From assembly GCA_965217865.1 (NCBI GenBank), contig CBDCJO010000002.1, positions 928,001-992,000 on the forward strand: a stretch of 64,000 nt of DNA, written 5' to 3'. Made by a program: the position numbers and the translations under genes. A model generated the notes under the pieces. It had not been told where the DNA came from and did no database searches. It saw nothing but the letters and a program-made list of their open reading frames with translations. Position 1 is the first letter of the stretch. Each line of letters starts with the position of its first letter. The stretch comes from Candidatus Latescibacterota bacterium (GTDB lineage Bacteria; Latescibacterota; UBA2968; SICM01). Below are positions 1 through 8,471 of this stretch, one piece after another.

Positions 1-216
1 GTAAATCACCCCGCCCAAAGGGCGGGGCATTAACCACTCCCCTCCCCAAACAGATCCAACTGTAGGGGCCCTTTCTGCTCTTGAAGATGAAACCGAATAT
101 ATCCTCTGATCACTTTAGAAGTTACCTTTTCGACTACGGTACGGACAAAACAGCCTTTTAGCTTACCCTCAGCAAGCTAAACTTTTCCTCCCCTTCCAAA
201 GGAAGGGGTATCCAAG
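1..216 (-). mobile_element. Internally deleted, non-autonomous IS200/IS605-family element
   Basis: Two related subterminal hairpins, CCCCGCCC-AAA-GGGCGGGG (9-27) and CCCCTTCC-AAA-GGAAGGGG (190-208), flank a TnpA C-terminal fragment. The minus strand ends GCCCCGCCCTTTGGGCGGGGTGATTTAC, like IS200/IS605 right ends. The element touches the window edge. Confidence 0.75.
30..155 (-). pseudogene. tnpA: C-terminal fragment of IS200-type Y1 transposase TnpA
   Basis: Manual translation GCFVRTVVEKVTSKVIRGYIRFHLQEQKGPLQLDLFGEGSG* matches the TnpA tail pattern GYFxxTVG..V..E.I.xYI carrying the catalytic Tyr. The HUH region and start codon are missing. Confidence 0.7.
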
Positions 217-259
217 TTCAAATACTTTCATGAAAAGCCACTGAGCATGCATTCCTATG

Positions 260-367
260 GGCACTTCCCATAACATGAAGATACCCGCTGCGCGGAATTC
301 GCCACTTAACCTTCGGCACACTGGCCGCGCCAGGGGTAGGGATCTCAGAATCATTGTGCGCAATGCC
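260..367 (+). other. Degenerate integron attC-like imperfect inverted repeat
   Basis: GGCACTTCCCATAAC (260-274) aligns without gaps against ATTGTGCGCAATGCC (353-367; GTT core appears as ATT). Inner arms ATACCCGCTGCGCGG / CCGCGCCAGGGGTA. Confidence 0.35.
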
Positions 368-440
368 AGCCTTACCCGCCAAAGGCAAAAGCGTCTACGA
401 CAATGAACAGCTATCCGTTTATAAAGATCTTTTCGAGCGA

Positions 441-469
441 TTGGCCATTTGCCATTTTTTCAATATAAT
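441..469 (+). promoter_or_regulatory. Putative sigma70 promoter of the glycan cluster
   Basis: TTGGCC-17 nt-TATAAT, ending 8 nt before the ATG at 478. Confidence 0.5.
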
Positions 470-477
470 TCGAAATT

Positions 478-1545
478 ATGAAAGGTATATCCGATCGGAT
501 CCGGAGGATTTTGCTTGCAGGAACAGGTCAATATGAATGGTACGCCTCCGCGTGGGTCCGAGCCCTCAAGGCGCTTGACCTTGAAGTCATACATTATGAC
601 TGGACCGAATATTGGTCGAAGGGTACCCTGGGAGACTTTGAGAGGCGGTTTATGTATGGACTGGCTCTATATCGTATAAACAGGGCTTTGGTCGAATGTG
701 TAGCAAACGTGAAGCCGGATCTGGTACTGATATTTGCGGGGATGCCGATATGGCCGGAGACGATAAAAAGCCTGCGTCAAGATTTTTGGGTGGCTGGATA
801 TCACAATGATGATCCCTTTGGTTCAAACGGAGATAGATCCTACTTTCGTATTTTTAAAAAGGCCATCCCCTTTTATTGCAGCCATCATGTCTACAGACAG
901 GAAAATATTCAAGAATATCACAGGTTGGGCGTAAAGCATGTTAAGCAATTAAAAAGTTACTACCTGCCATGGATCGATCAGCCTCCGAAGCTGACTTCGG
1001 AGGATAAAATGTGTTTTGGCCACGAGATCGTTTTCGTAGGGCACGCTGAAAAGGACACGCGGATTCAATATATTCGTGACCTTCTGGAGGCCGGATTGCC
1101 TCTAAAACTTTTCGGGGAGGAAAGATATTGGAGGCGATATTTGCCCACGCAGTTATATCGGCGGCTGAGCCCAATTCGCGAGGTATTCAATACCGATTAT
1201 CGAAAAGTTTTAGCCGGGTCAAAAATCTGCCTATGTTTTTTTAGTGGACGCAATCGGGATCAGTATACGCGCAGGGTTTTCGAGATTCCCGCGTGCGGCG
1301 GCTTTTTGATGTGCCAGCGGACGGATGTCATGGGGGAATTATACGAGGAAGAAATCGAGGCCGAATGTTTTTCCTCTTCGGCGGAACTGATTCGAAAATG
1401 CCGATTTTATCTTGAAAACGATCACCTCCGGGGGGAAATTGCCGCGGCTGGACATCGTCGCTGCATCGAGAGTGGATATGACGTGGTAAGTCGAATGCGA
1501 CAGTGGTTGGCCGATACGAATGGATTCATGGAAAAGGGTCTTTAA
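478..1545 (+). CDS. CgeB/Glyco_trans_1_2-type glycosyltransferase
   Basis: Motifs NDDP, IVFVGH.E...R and SKICLCF...NRDQYTRRVFEIPACGGF. Confidence 0.85.
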   Translation: MKGISDRIRRILLAGTGQYEWYASAWVRALKALDLEVIHYDWTEYWSKGTLGDFERRFMYGLALYRINRALVECVANVKPDLVLIFAGMPIWPETIKSLRQDFWVAGYHNDDPFGSNGDRSYFRIFKKAIPFYCSHHVYRQENIQEYHRLGVKHVKQLKSYYLPWIDQPPKLTSEDKMCFGHEIVFVGHAEKDTRIQYIRDLLEAGLPLKLFGEERYWRRYLPTQLYRRLSPIREVFNTDYRKVLAGSKICLCFFSGRNRDQYTRRVFEIPACGGFLMCQRTDVMGELYEEEIEAECFSSSAELIRKCRFYLENDHLRGEIAAAGHRRCIESGYDVVSRMRQWLADTNGFMEKGL

Positions 1546-1611
1546 CGGCTGAAATGTCGGAGGACTTACCTCACTTTATCGGAATTTACCCACATTCGGG
1601 AGAGCCGGTTC

Positions 1612-3267
1612 ATGGTAATTGATCGTGCGGTTGGTATGTTTGCTTCATTCGGAAAATTTGTCGAAAGGTTTGTATTTCGTGGCGAGGCCAGCCCCACGTG
1701 GGACATTCGACGATCGGGAATCGTCTGTGCATTGCTCTTTGTTTTAGCCCTGAGGATCCGCCTGCCTTATATTTCAATCGGCTTGCCGTATATGCATTTC
1801 TGGGACGAGTCGGAATTGGCTCGAGAGTCCGCATACATGTATGAAAACTGGACCGCAAAACCACAACGACCGACATATGCATCCACGCACTACTACGCCC
1901 TTACCGGATGGTACGTCATCTGTCAAATATTCCAGTGGCCCCTTAAATTCCCCTACAATATTTATCATGCGAACGATATTGCAGATGTGAGTCAATTCCA
2001 GGTGAACTCCTCCTTTATTTACTATTCTGGACGGTTGTTGCAATCGTGTGTTGTCTCTCTGGGAATCGTACTTGTATATCTTTTGGCCATCAGATGTTCC
2101 TGTCTTGCGGTCGCGCTGTGGGCGTTTTTCTTCCTTTGCCTGAATTACGCAGAGTTTATTCAATCGCTTTATATGAACGTACACACCTTTGCGACGGTGT
2201 TCTGCGTGGCTGGACTGTATTGCTTACAATTATCCGCAGATTCCAAAAGGCCCGGGGAAAAATATTATTTGATTCTTCTGAGCGGGGTTTTCTTCGGAAT
2301 TGGTGGAGGAACCAATTTTTTTCCGCTTGTTGCAAGCGGGCTTGCCGTTTTGTTTATTTGCCGTTCGCGCGATCTGAATCTCGGCATCCTTCTCCCATTC
2401 ATGATCGTTGTTTTGACCTGTTTCGTTTTAAGCAGCCCCTATCTCTTTCTGGATCGCCCGTTATCGAGCGGAGACGGGCTCTCTCCGTTGGGATGGGTTG
2501 TTGCTAACCTGGAGTCGTATGCGAAAATGGGTGGGGCCCTTGTCCTTGCGACGAAAATACAGTCCTGTTTAAGTTATTTGGTTTCGTTCGTTTTCGGTTG
2601 GATCATGTCTGTTTTCATGATATTCGGAATGGCTCGGTTGCTTTCCACGGAAAAGCTTCGACAGACCGTGCTTCTGGAGATCGTTCTCCTATCGTTTATG
2701 GCCGTCTGGTCCCTCTCAAGGCAGTCCCAACTCTACCACCGCCATCTTGCACTTGCACTCCCTAGGGTGCGCAATCCTTGTCGCCCTCGGGATCGACTGG
2801 GCCATCGGGTGGGGAATTCGCGTATACCGACGGTTTTCTCCGGTTATGAGGAAACAAGAACGCGAGCCATTCGATGGATACTGGAAATGGCTGAAACCAA
2901 TCCTCCCAAACCGGTTCTTGTTGATTCTAGATTATGGCGAGAGCCAAGCGCAGTACAGGCCGATCACCCTAATGTAAAACTTTTTGATGATCGTCCAACA
3001 ATCGTCGATTACAGCAAAGAAAAAGGATTGGGTTATGTCGTAGGTTTTCCAAAGGCATCCTTCGGAGCTAAACTGAAGCCAACGCGAGAACAAATCATAA
3101 AGGTATTCAAACGAAGCCCGGAACAGGAGCGGCTGCGGGAGGCGATGCAAAGGATCGTTGGGGCTTCCCAAAATATCGGAAAGCACAGTGGGATGTTTTA
3201 TCGTCCCGCGCGTTATCCGACGATCGATCCGGAGGTTGTGGTGGTTTTATTGCATGGGGTGGGGTAG
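1612..3267 (+). CDS. GT-C fold (ArnT/PMT-like) polytopic membrane glycosyltransferase, possibly disrupted near 2760-2830
   Basis: Many TM segments, GLPY.HFWDE acidic motif after TM1, and a C-terminal ETRTRAIRWI periplasmic start. A hydrophobic segment lies in the +1 frame at about 2765-2815. Confidence 0.65.
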   Translation: MVIDRAVGMFASFGKFVERFVFRGEASPTWDIRRSGIVCALLFVLALRIRLPYISIGLPYMHFWDESELARESAYMYENWTAKPQRPTYASTHYYALTGWYVICQIFQWPLKFPYNIYHANDIADVSQFQVNSSFIYYSGRLLQSCVVSLGIVLVYLLAIRCSCLAVALWAFFFLCLNYAEFIQSLYMNVHTFATVFCVAGLYCLQLSADSKRPGEKYYLILLSGVFFGIGGGTNFFPLVASGLAVLFICRSRDLNLGILLPFMIVVLTCFVLSSPYLFLDRPLSSGDGLSPLGWVVANLESYAKMGGALVLATKIQSCLSYLVSFVFGWIMSVFMIFGMARLLSTEKLRQTVLLEIVLLSFMAVWSLSRQSQLYHRHLALALPRVRNPCRPRDRLGHRVGNSRIPTVFSGYEETRTRAIRWILEMAETNPPKPVLVDSRLWREPSAVQADHPNVKLFDDRPTIVDYSKEKGLGYVVGFPKASFGAKLKPTREQIIKVFKRSPEQERLREAMQRIVGASQNIGKHSGMFYRPARYPTIDPEVVVVLLHGVG

Positions 3268-3299
3268 TTTTTGGCAATTGGAGATAAAATAACAGAACA

Positions 3300-4511
3300 G
3301 TGAACATGGCAAACAGCCTTGAACCATCATTTCGAATCGGAGTCGGTGGATTTGAGATAACCGACCGTGCCAGAGACTATGTGAACAAGGTTCTTGACAG
3401 CAACCGTCTTTCTCACGGAAAGTTTTCCCAGACCTTTGAAAACGCCTTTGCCCGGTTGCACGATGTCAGGTATGCGGTTTTCTGCAACAGCGGTACTTCC
3501 GCCCTGCATATCGCCTTAGCTTGTTTGAAGGAGACTGAAAAGTGGGAGGAGGGGGACGAAGTTGTCCTGCCTGCGGTGACGTTCGTGGCCACTTCAAACA
3601 TGGTGCTGATCAACAATCTCACACCCGTTTTCGTGGATGTCGACCCGAGGACCTACAACATCGATCCAGAAAAGATTGAGGAGAAGATCACCGATCGTAC
3701 GCGTGCTGTCATGCCCGTGCACCTCTTTGGTCAACCCTGCGAAATGGATCCGATTATGGAGATCACAAGACGCCGTGGTCTGCGCGTGATCGAAGATTCC
3801 GCCGAAACCATGTTCGCACGGTACAAAGGAAAACCCGTCGGGTCGTGGGGGGACATGGCATGTTTTTCAACCTATATAGCACACCTCCTTATCACCGGGG
3901 TGGGGGGAATGGCGGTGACGAATAATCCCGATTATGCCATCATCATGAGAAGTTTGATGAATCATGGACGTGATTCGGTCTATCTGAACATCGACGAACG
4001 GGAAGAATCTTCGGATGCCCGTCTAAAACTAGCAGAAGGTCGTTTTCGTTTTGTACGTTTTGGCCACAGCTTTCGCGCGACGGAATTAGAGGCGGCCCTT
4101 GGCCTGGCTCAGCTTGAAGAAATGGACGGGCTTCTTGAACGCCGTAAACGCAACTCCCAATCATTACTTAGAGGATTGGTAAAATTCAGTGAGTTCCTTC
4201 AACTTCCTGCGTGGCCTGACCATGCCGATCACGTCTTCATGATGTTTCCTATCGTCATACGAGATTCCGCAATCAAGAAGAGAGATCTGATATCCTTTCT
4301 TGAAAATCATGGGGTGGAAACAAGAGATATGCTGCCTTTGCTAAACCAGCCTATATACCAGGAACGGTATGGCGATCTCGAGAGTCAGTACCCCGTGGCG
4401 AAATGGATTAACCGTTCAGGTTTTTATATAGGATGCCACCCTTATCTTGGCGAAGAACAGATTGACTATGTGATCACTCAATTTGAAAAGTTTTTTTCGA
4501 GGAGGGGATAA
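3300..4511 (+). CDS. DegT/DnrJ/EryC1/StrS-family PLP enzyme, ColD-like (GDP-4-keto-6-deoxymannose 3-dehydratase)
   Basis: Motifs [14 protein letters not shown] and IEDSAE. The catalytic Lys position holds His ([14 protein letters not shown]). Directly upstream of gmd. The start may be the ATG at 3306. Confidence 0.8.
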   Translation: MNMANSLEPSFRIGVGGFEITDRARDYVNKVLDSNRLSHGKFSQTFENAFARLHDVRYAVFCNSGTSALHIALACLKETEKWEEGDEVVLPAVTFVATSNMVLINNLTPVFVDVDPRTYNIDPEKIEEKITDRTRAVMPVHLFGQPCEMDPIMEITRRRGLRVIEDSAETMFARYKGKPVGSWGDMACFSTYIAHLLITGVGGMAVTNNPDYAIIMRSLMNHGRDSVYLNIDEREESSDARLKLAEGRFRFVRFGHSFRATELEAALGLAQLEEMDGLLERRKRNSQSLLRGLVKFSEFLQLPAWPDHADHVFMMFPIVIRDSAIKKRDLISFLENHGVETRDMLPLLNQPIYQERYGDLESQYPVAKWINRSGFYIGCHPYLGEEQIDYVITQFEKFFSRRG

Positions 4512-5524
4512 TGGAAGGGAAAAAGGCGCTGATCACCGGGGTTACCGGTCAAGACGGGTCGTATCTTTGTGAATTTCTCCTGGAAAAGGGCTATGAGGTC
4601 CACGGAATCATTCGTCGGTCGAGTTCGTTTAATACCAGCCGAGTGATGCATATTTTCCAGGATCCACACGAAAAAGAGACACGGTTTTCCCTTCACTACG
4701 GCGACTTGAATGATGCCTCTTCGATCAGTCGGTTGATTTCCAAAATCAAGCCAGATGAGATATATAATCTGGGTGCGCAAAGTCACGTGCGGGTCAGTTT
4801 TGACATTCCTGAATACACGACCGAAATCGATGCCCTGGGGACGTTGCGAATCCTTGATGCGATCAGGGAAGAAGGGGTTGTGACGAAGTTTTACCAGGCT
4901 TCGAGCAGCGAATTGTTCGGAAAAACGGTTGAAGTTCCTCAGAAAGAGACAACCCCTTTTGCCCCCCAGAGTCCCTATGCTTGTGCCAAGCTTTATGCCT
5001 TATGGATTACGAGAAATTACCGTGAAGCTTACAACATATATGCATGCAATGGGATCCTTTTTAATCACGAGTCTCCCAGACGAGGCGAGACGTTCGTCAC
5101 GCGTAAAATCACGAGAGGAATCGCCAGGATTCTCGCAAAGAAAGATGAGAAAATCTTTCTGGGAAACCTCGATTCAAAACGAGACTGGGGGTATGCAAAG
5201 GACTATGTTCGGGCTATGTGGCTTATGATGCAACAGGATGAACCGGATGATTACGTTATTGCTACGGGAGAAACCCATTCTGTGCGTGAATATCTTGATG
5301 AGGCGTTTTCACTGGTTGGTTTGCGCTGGGAGGATTATGTCGAAATCGATCCTCGCTACTTCCGTCCGCTGGAGGTGGATATCTTGATGGGTGATGCATC
5401 CAAGGCTGAGAAAAAATTCGGATGGAAGCCGACCGTATCTTTCGAGCAACTGGTAAAAATAATGCTGGAGGCGGACCTCAAAGCGGAGGGGATGGATCCG
5501 GGGGATGTCATTCTGGAAAAATAA
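4511..5524 (+). CDS. gmd: GDP-mannose 4,6-dehydratase
   Basis: Motifs [45 protein letters not shown] and [19 protein letters not shown]. Confidence 0.97.
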   Translation: MEGKKALITGVTGQDGSYLCEFLLEKGYEVHGIIRRSSSFNTSRVMHIFQDPHEKETRFSLHYGDLNDASSISRLISKIKPDEIYNLGAQSHVRVSFDIPEYTTEIDALGTLRILDAIREEGVVTKFYQASSSELFGKTVEVPQKETTPFAPQSPYACAKLYALWITRNYREAYNIYACNGILFNHESPRRGETFVTRKITRGIARILAKKDEKIFLGNLDSKRDWGYAKDYVRAMWLMMQQDEPDDYVIATGETHSVREYLDEAFSLVGLRWEDYVEIDPRYFRPLEVDILMGDASKAEKKFGWKPTVSFEQLVKIMLEADLKAEGMDPGDVILEK

Positions 5525-6479
5525 ACGCGTGGTGGTCACAGGCGGCTCAGGATTCATCGGAAGCCATCTGGTGGAACGGCTTCTAGAGGCGGGAGCTCTC
5601 GTTACAGTACCGGTGCGGGGCGAAGAAAGCCATCTGGGGTTTTTGAAGGCCGTCCGCGAGGATGTTAAGATCTGTATCGGCGACCTGATGGAAATCGACG
5701 CATGTTTAATGGCGATCGAAGGCCATGAGATCGTGATGAACCTGGCCGCCCGTGTCGGCGGTGTTGATTTCAATATCCGACATCCGGGTTCGATATTTCG
5801 GAATAATTTGCAATTGTTCATGAATGTTCTCGAGGCCTCCCGGAAGTGCGGGGTGGAGAGATTCCTCGTCACAAGTTCAGCCTGTGTGTATCCTCGATTT
5901 TGCACCATTCCAACCCCGGAAGAAGAAGGAGTGCTGGATCGCCCGGAACCCACGAACGAAGGTTACGGCTGGGCCAAACGGATGGAGGAGTTTCTGGGCG
6001 ATGCCTACGCCCGAGAATTCGGGATGAAGATCGCTGTTGCCAGGCCATACAATGCGTATGGTCCCCGTGACAATTTTAACCCGGACTCTTCCCACGTCAT
6101 CCCCGCTTTGATTAAACGGATCTTCGACGGAGAAAATCCCTTAGTGGTCTGGAGTGACGGTACGCCATCGAGATCTTTTCTATTTGTGAGTGACTTTGTC
6201 CGGGGGTTGATGGAGGTTGCCGAAAAATATACGGAAAGCGATCCGTTGAACCTTGGAGCGGATGAGGAGATCAATATTCGAAACCTGTCTGAACTATTGG
6301 TCGAATTAAGTGGAAAGGATATCCGAATAAAATTTGATGCCTCGAAGCCGGGAGGTCAACCCCGGAGAAAATGTGATATCCGAAAGGCCTACGAGAAAAT
6401 CGGATTTCGCGCGCAGGTTCCCCTGCGAGAGGGTTTAAGACGAACGATCGATTGGTACAAATCCGAGTTTTCCGGGTGA
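5505..6479 (+). CDS. fcl: GDP-L-fucose synthase / ColC-like epimerase-reductase (extended SDR)
   Basis: Motifs [40 protein letters not shown]...SHVIPALI and GQPRR. Confidence 0.8.
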   Translation: MSFWKNKRVVVTGGSGFIGSHLVERLLEAGALVTVPVRGEESHLGFLKAVREDVKICIGDLMEIDACLMAIEGHEIVMNLAARVGGVDFNIRHPGSIFRNNLQLFMNVLEASRKCGVERFLVTSSACVYPRFCTIPTPEEEGVLDRPEPTNEGYGWAKRMEEFLGDAYAREFGMKIAVARPYNAYGPRDNFNPDSSHVIPALIKRIFDGENPLVVWSDGTPSRSFLFVSDFVRGLMEVAEKYTESDPLNLGADEEINIRNLSELLVELSGKDIRIKFDASKPGGQPRRKCDIRKAYEKIGFRAQVPLREGLRRTIDWYKSEFSG

Positions 6480-6484
6480 ATAGA

Positions 6485-7183
6485 ATGAGAGTATCGCTTG
6501 TCATCTTGACCTTGAATGAAATTGACGGGCTACGTGCGCTCTACGATCGTATCCCGATTCAGGGCGTGGATGAGGTTTTTGCGGTTGACGGGGGATCGAC
6601 TGACGGCACTCGAGAATTTTATCGTGACATGGGATTGAAAGTCATCGATCAGAGGTCCCGGGGGCGGGGGGAGGCCTTCAGAATCGCGTTTCAACATGCT
6701 TCAGGAGATGCGCTTATTTTTTATAGTCCAGATGGAAACGAAGATCCAACCGATATCCCGAAGTTTGCTCCGCTATTAAAAGAGGGTTATGATCTCGTGA
6801 TTGCCTCCCGTATGATGCGAGGGGCCCGCAACGAGGAGGATGAAGATTTGTTTCGGTGGCGCAAATGGGCAAACCAGATGTTTACGCGCAAGGCCAATTT
6901 TCTGTGGAACCGGGGCGGGACTTTCGTTACGGATACGATCAACGGTTTTCGAGCGATAAACAGAACGGCCTTTGAAAAAATAAAATTGGATAGCGTGGGG
7001 TACACGATAGAGTATCAGATGAGTATTCGAGCCATGAAGCTGGGTTTACGGATTGCAGAATTTCCGACCTTTGAAGGATCGCGAATCGGGGGCGAAAGCT
7101 ATGCGAAATCCTTTCCATTAGGGATTCAGATGCTTAAGACATTGTGGTCTGAAATGTGGACCGGGAATTCGTTTGAATCCTGA
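6485..7183 (+). CDS. GT2 polyprenol-phosphate glycosyltransferase (DPM-synthase-like)
   Basis: Motifs TLNE, VDGGSTDGT, GRGEA, SPDGNEDP, VIASR and TDTINGFRAI. The ATG at 6485 is preferred over the longer ORF from 6452. Confidence 0.85.
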   Translation: MRVSLVILTLNEIDGLRALYDRIPIQGVDEVFAVDGGSTDGTREFYRDMGLKVIDQRSRGRGEAFRIAFQHASGDALIFYSPDGNEDPTDIPKFAPLLKEGYDLVIASRMMRGARNEEDEDLFRWRKWANQMFTRKANFLWNRGGTFVTDTINGFRAINRTAFEKIKLDSVGYTIEYQMSIRAMKLGLRIAEFPTFEGSRIGGESYAKSFPLGIQMLKTLWSEMWTGNSFES

Positions 7184-7262
7184 GCCGGAAAGACACGCAA
7201 AAATCATCCTTGGCTATACGGAAAGGATTGGTCCAGGCTGAACTATTTTCCCTCAATGAACA

Positions 7263-8447
7263 GTGTCTGATGATGGCCCCCCTATGATTCCCGTAAAGCC
7301 TCTAAATTTGTGGATCGATGCCAGCAACTGCAGGGACGGGGGTGGGATCACGCATTTGTTGGAGGTTGTGCCCCGGTTGGCGGAATATTGGCCTCGTGGA
7401 AAGCTCAAAGTCTTTGCCGGAAGAAATGAGCGCCAATTATTGAGAAGACGATCCGAGACAATCAAACTGCCAGAAATTCCAGATCTGGATGAAGGACTAT
7501 CGAAACGCTTGAGGTGGCAGAAATACGGTTATCCCAAGCTTATCCAGGATGAAAATCATGGAGGAATCGCGTATGCCCCCGGAGGTATTTTAACCGCATC
7601 CTTCCAAAAAGATATTGCAGCGGTGACCATGTGTCGAAATATGTTGCCTTTTGAAGCCCGCGAAGCGATTCGATACGGGTTTTCAAGAATGCTATTGCGG
7701 CTTGCCCTATTGCGAAGAGGCCAGTTACAATCTTTCCGGCGTGCGAACGGCGTCATTTTCATTTCCAGATATGCGGAAAAGAGGGTAGGGAGCATTCTTC
7801 CCGATGGAATTTGTAGCACCACGATCCCTCACGGAATAGGGGATGAATTTAGACATCCACCAGAAGACGAGCGAATTCTCCAAACACCACGCCGGCTGCT
7901 CTATGTATCAATTATAGACGTGTATAAGCATCAATGTAAGGTTGTGGAAGCACTAAAACTCCTCGTATCCCGAGGACACGATCTCACCCTTGATCTGGTC
8001 GGTGGTGAGTACCCACCGGCCAGAAAACGTCTCGATCGAGCTATAAATCGGACTGGGCAGAAGGACCGGGTAAATGTCCGCGGAAAGATTGATCATGGAG
8101 AATTGCCCGGGATTTACCGGGGAGGGGACATTTTTATATTTGCTTCAAGTTGCGAGAATCTTCCGAATATCCTTCTGGAGTCCATGGCATCCGGGCTGCC
8201 AATCGCGTGTTCCGATCGAGGACCGATGGGGGAAATTTCGCTAGATTCTGCCATCTATTTTGATCCAGAAAATCCCACCAGCATAGCTGATGCTGTTGAG
8301 AAGTTAATCGAAGGTCCGGAACTGCGCAAGCGGTGCGCAAATCGGGCGTTTGAAATCGCGGCAGAATATTCCTGGGAAAGATGCGCTCGACAAACTTTTG
8401 AATTTCTTATAGAGGCTTGGAACCGGAAGCAAGCAGAGCCTGTCTAA
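7263..8447 (+). CDS. GT4 family glycosyltransferase
   Basis: Motifs LLYVS..DVYKHQ and FASSCENLPNILLESMASGLPIACS. Confidence 0.85.
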   Translation: MSDDGPPMIPVKPLNLWIDASNCRDGGGITHLLEVVPRLAEYWPRGKLKVFAGRNERQLLRRRSETIKLPEIPDLDEGLSKRLRWQKYGYPKLIQDENHGGIAYAPGGILTASFQKDIAAVTMCRNMLPFEAREAIRYGFSRMLLRLALLRRGQLQSFRRANGVIFISRYAEKRVGSILPDGICSTTIPHGIGDEFRHPPEDERILQTPRRLLYVSIIDVYKHQCKVVEALKLLVSRGHDLTLDLVGGEYPPARKRLDRAINRTGQKDRVNVRGKIDHGELPGIYRGGDIFIFASSCENLPNILLESMASGLPIACSDRGPMGEISLDSAIYFDPENPTSIADAVEKLIEGPELRKRCANRAFEIAAEYSWERCARQTFEFLIEAWNRKQAEPV

Positions 8448-8471
8448 CACTTGGAAGGGATCCTAGTCCTT

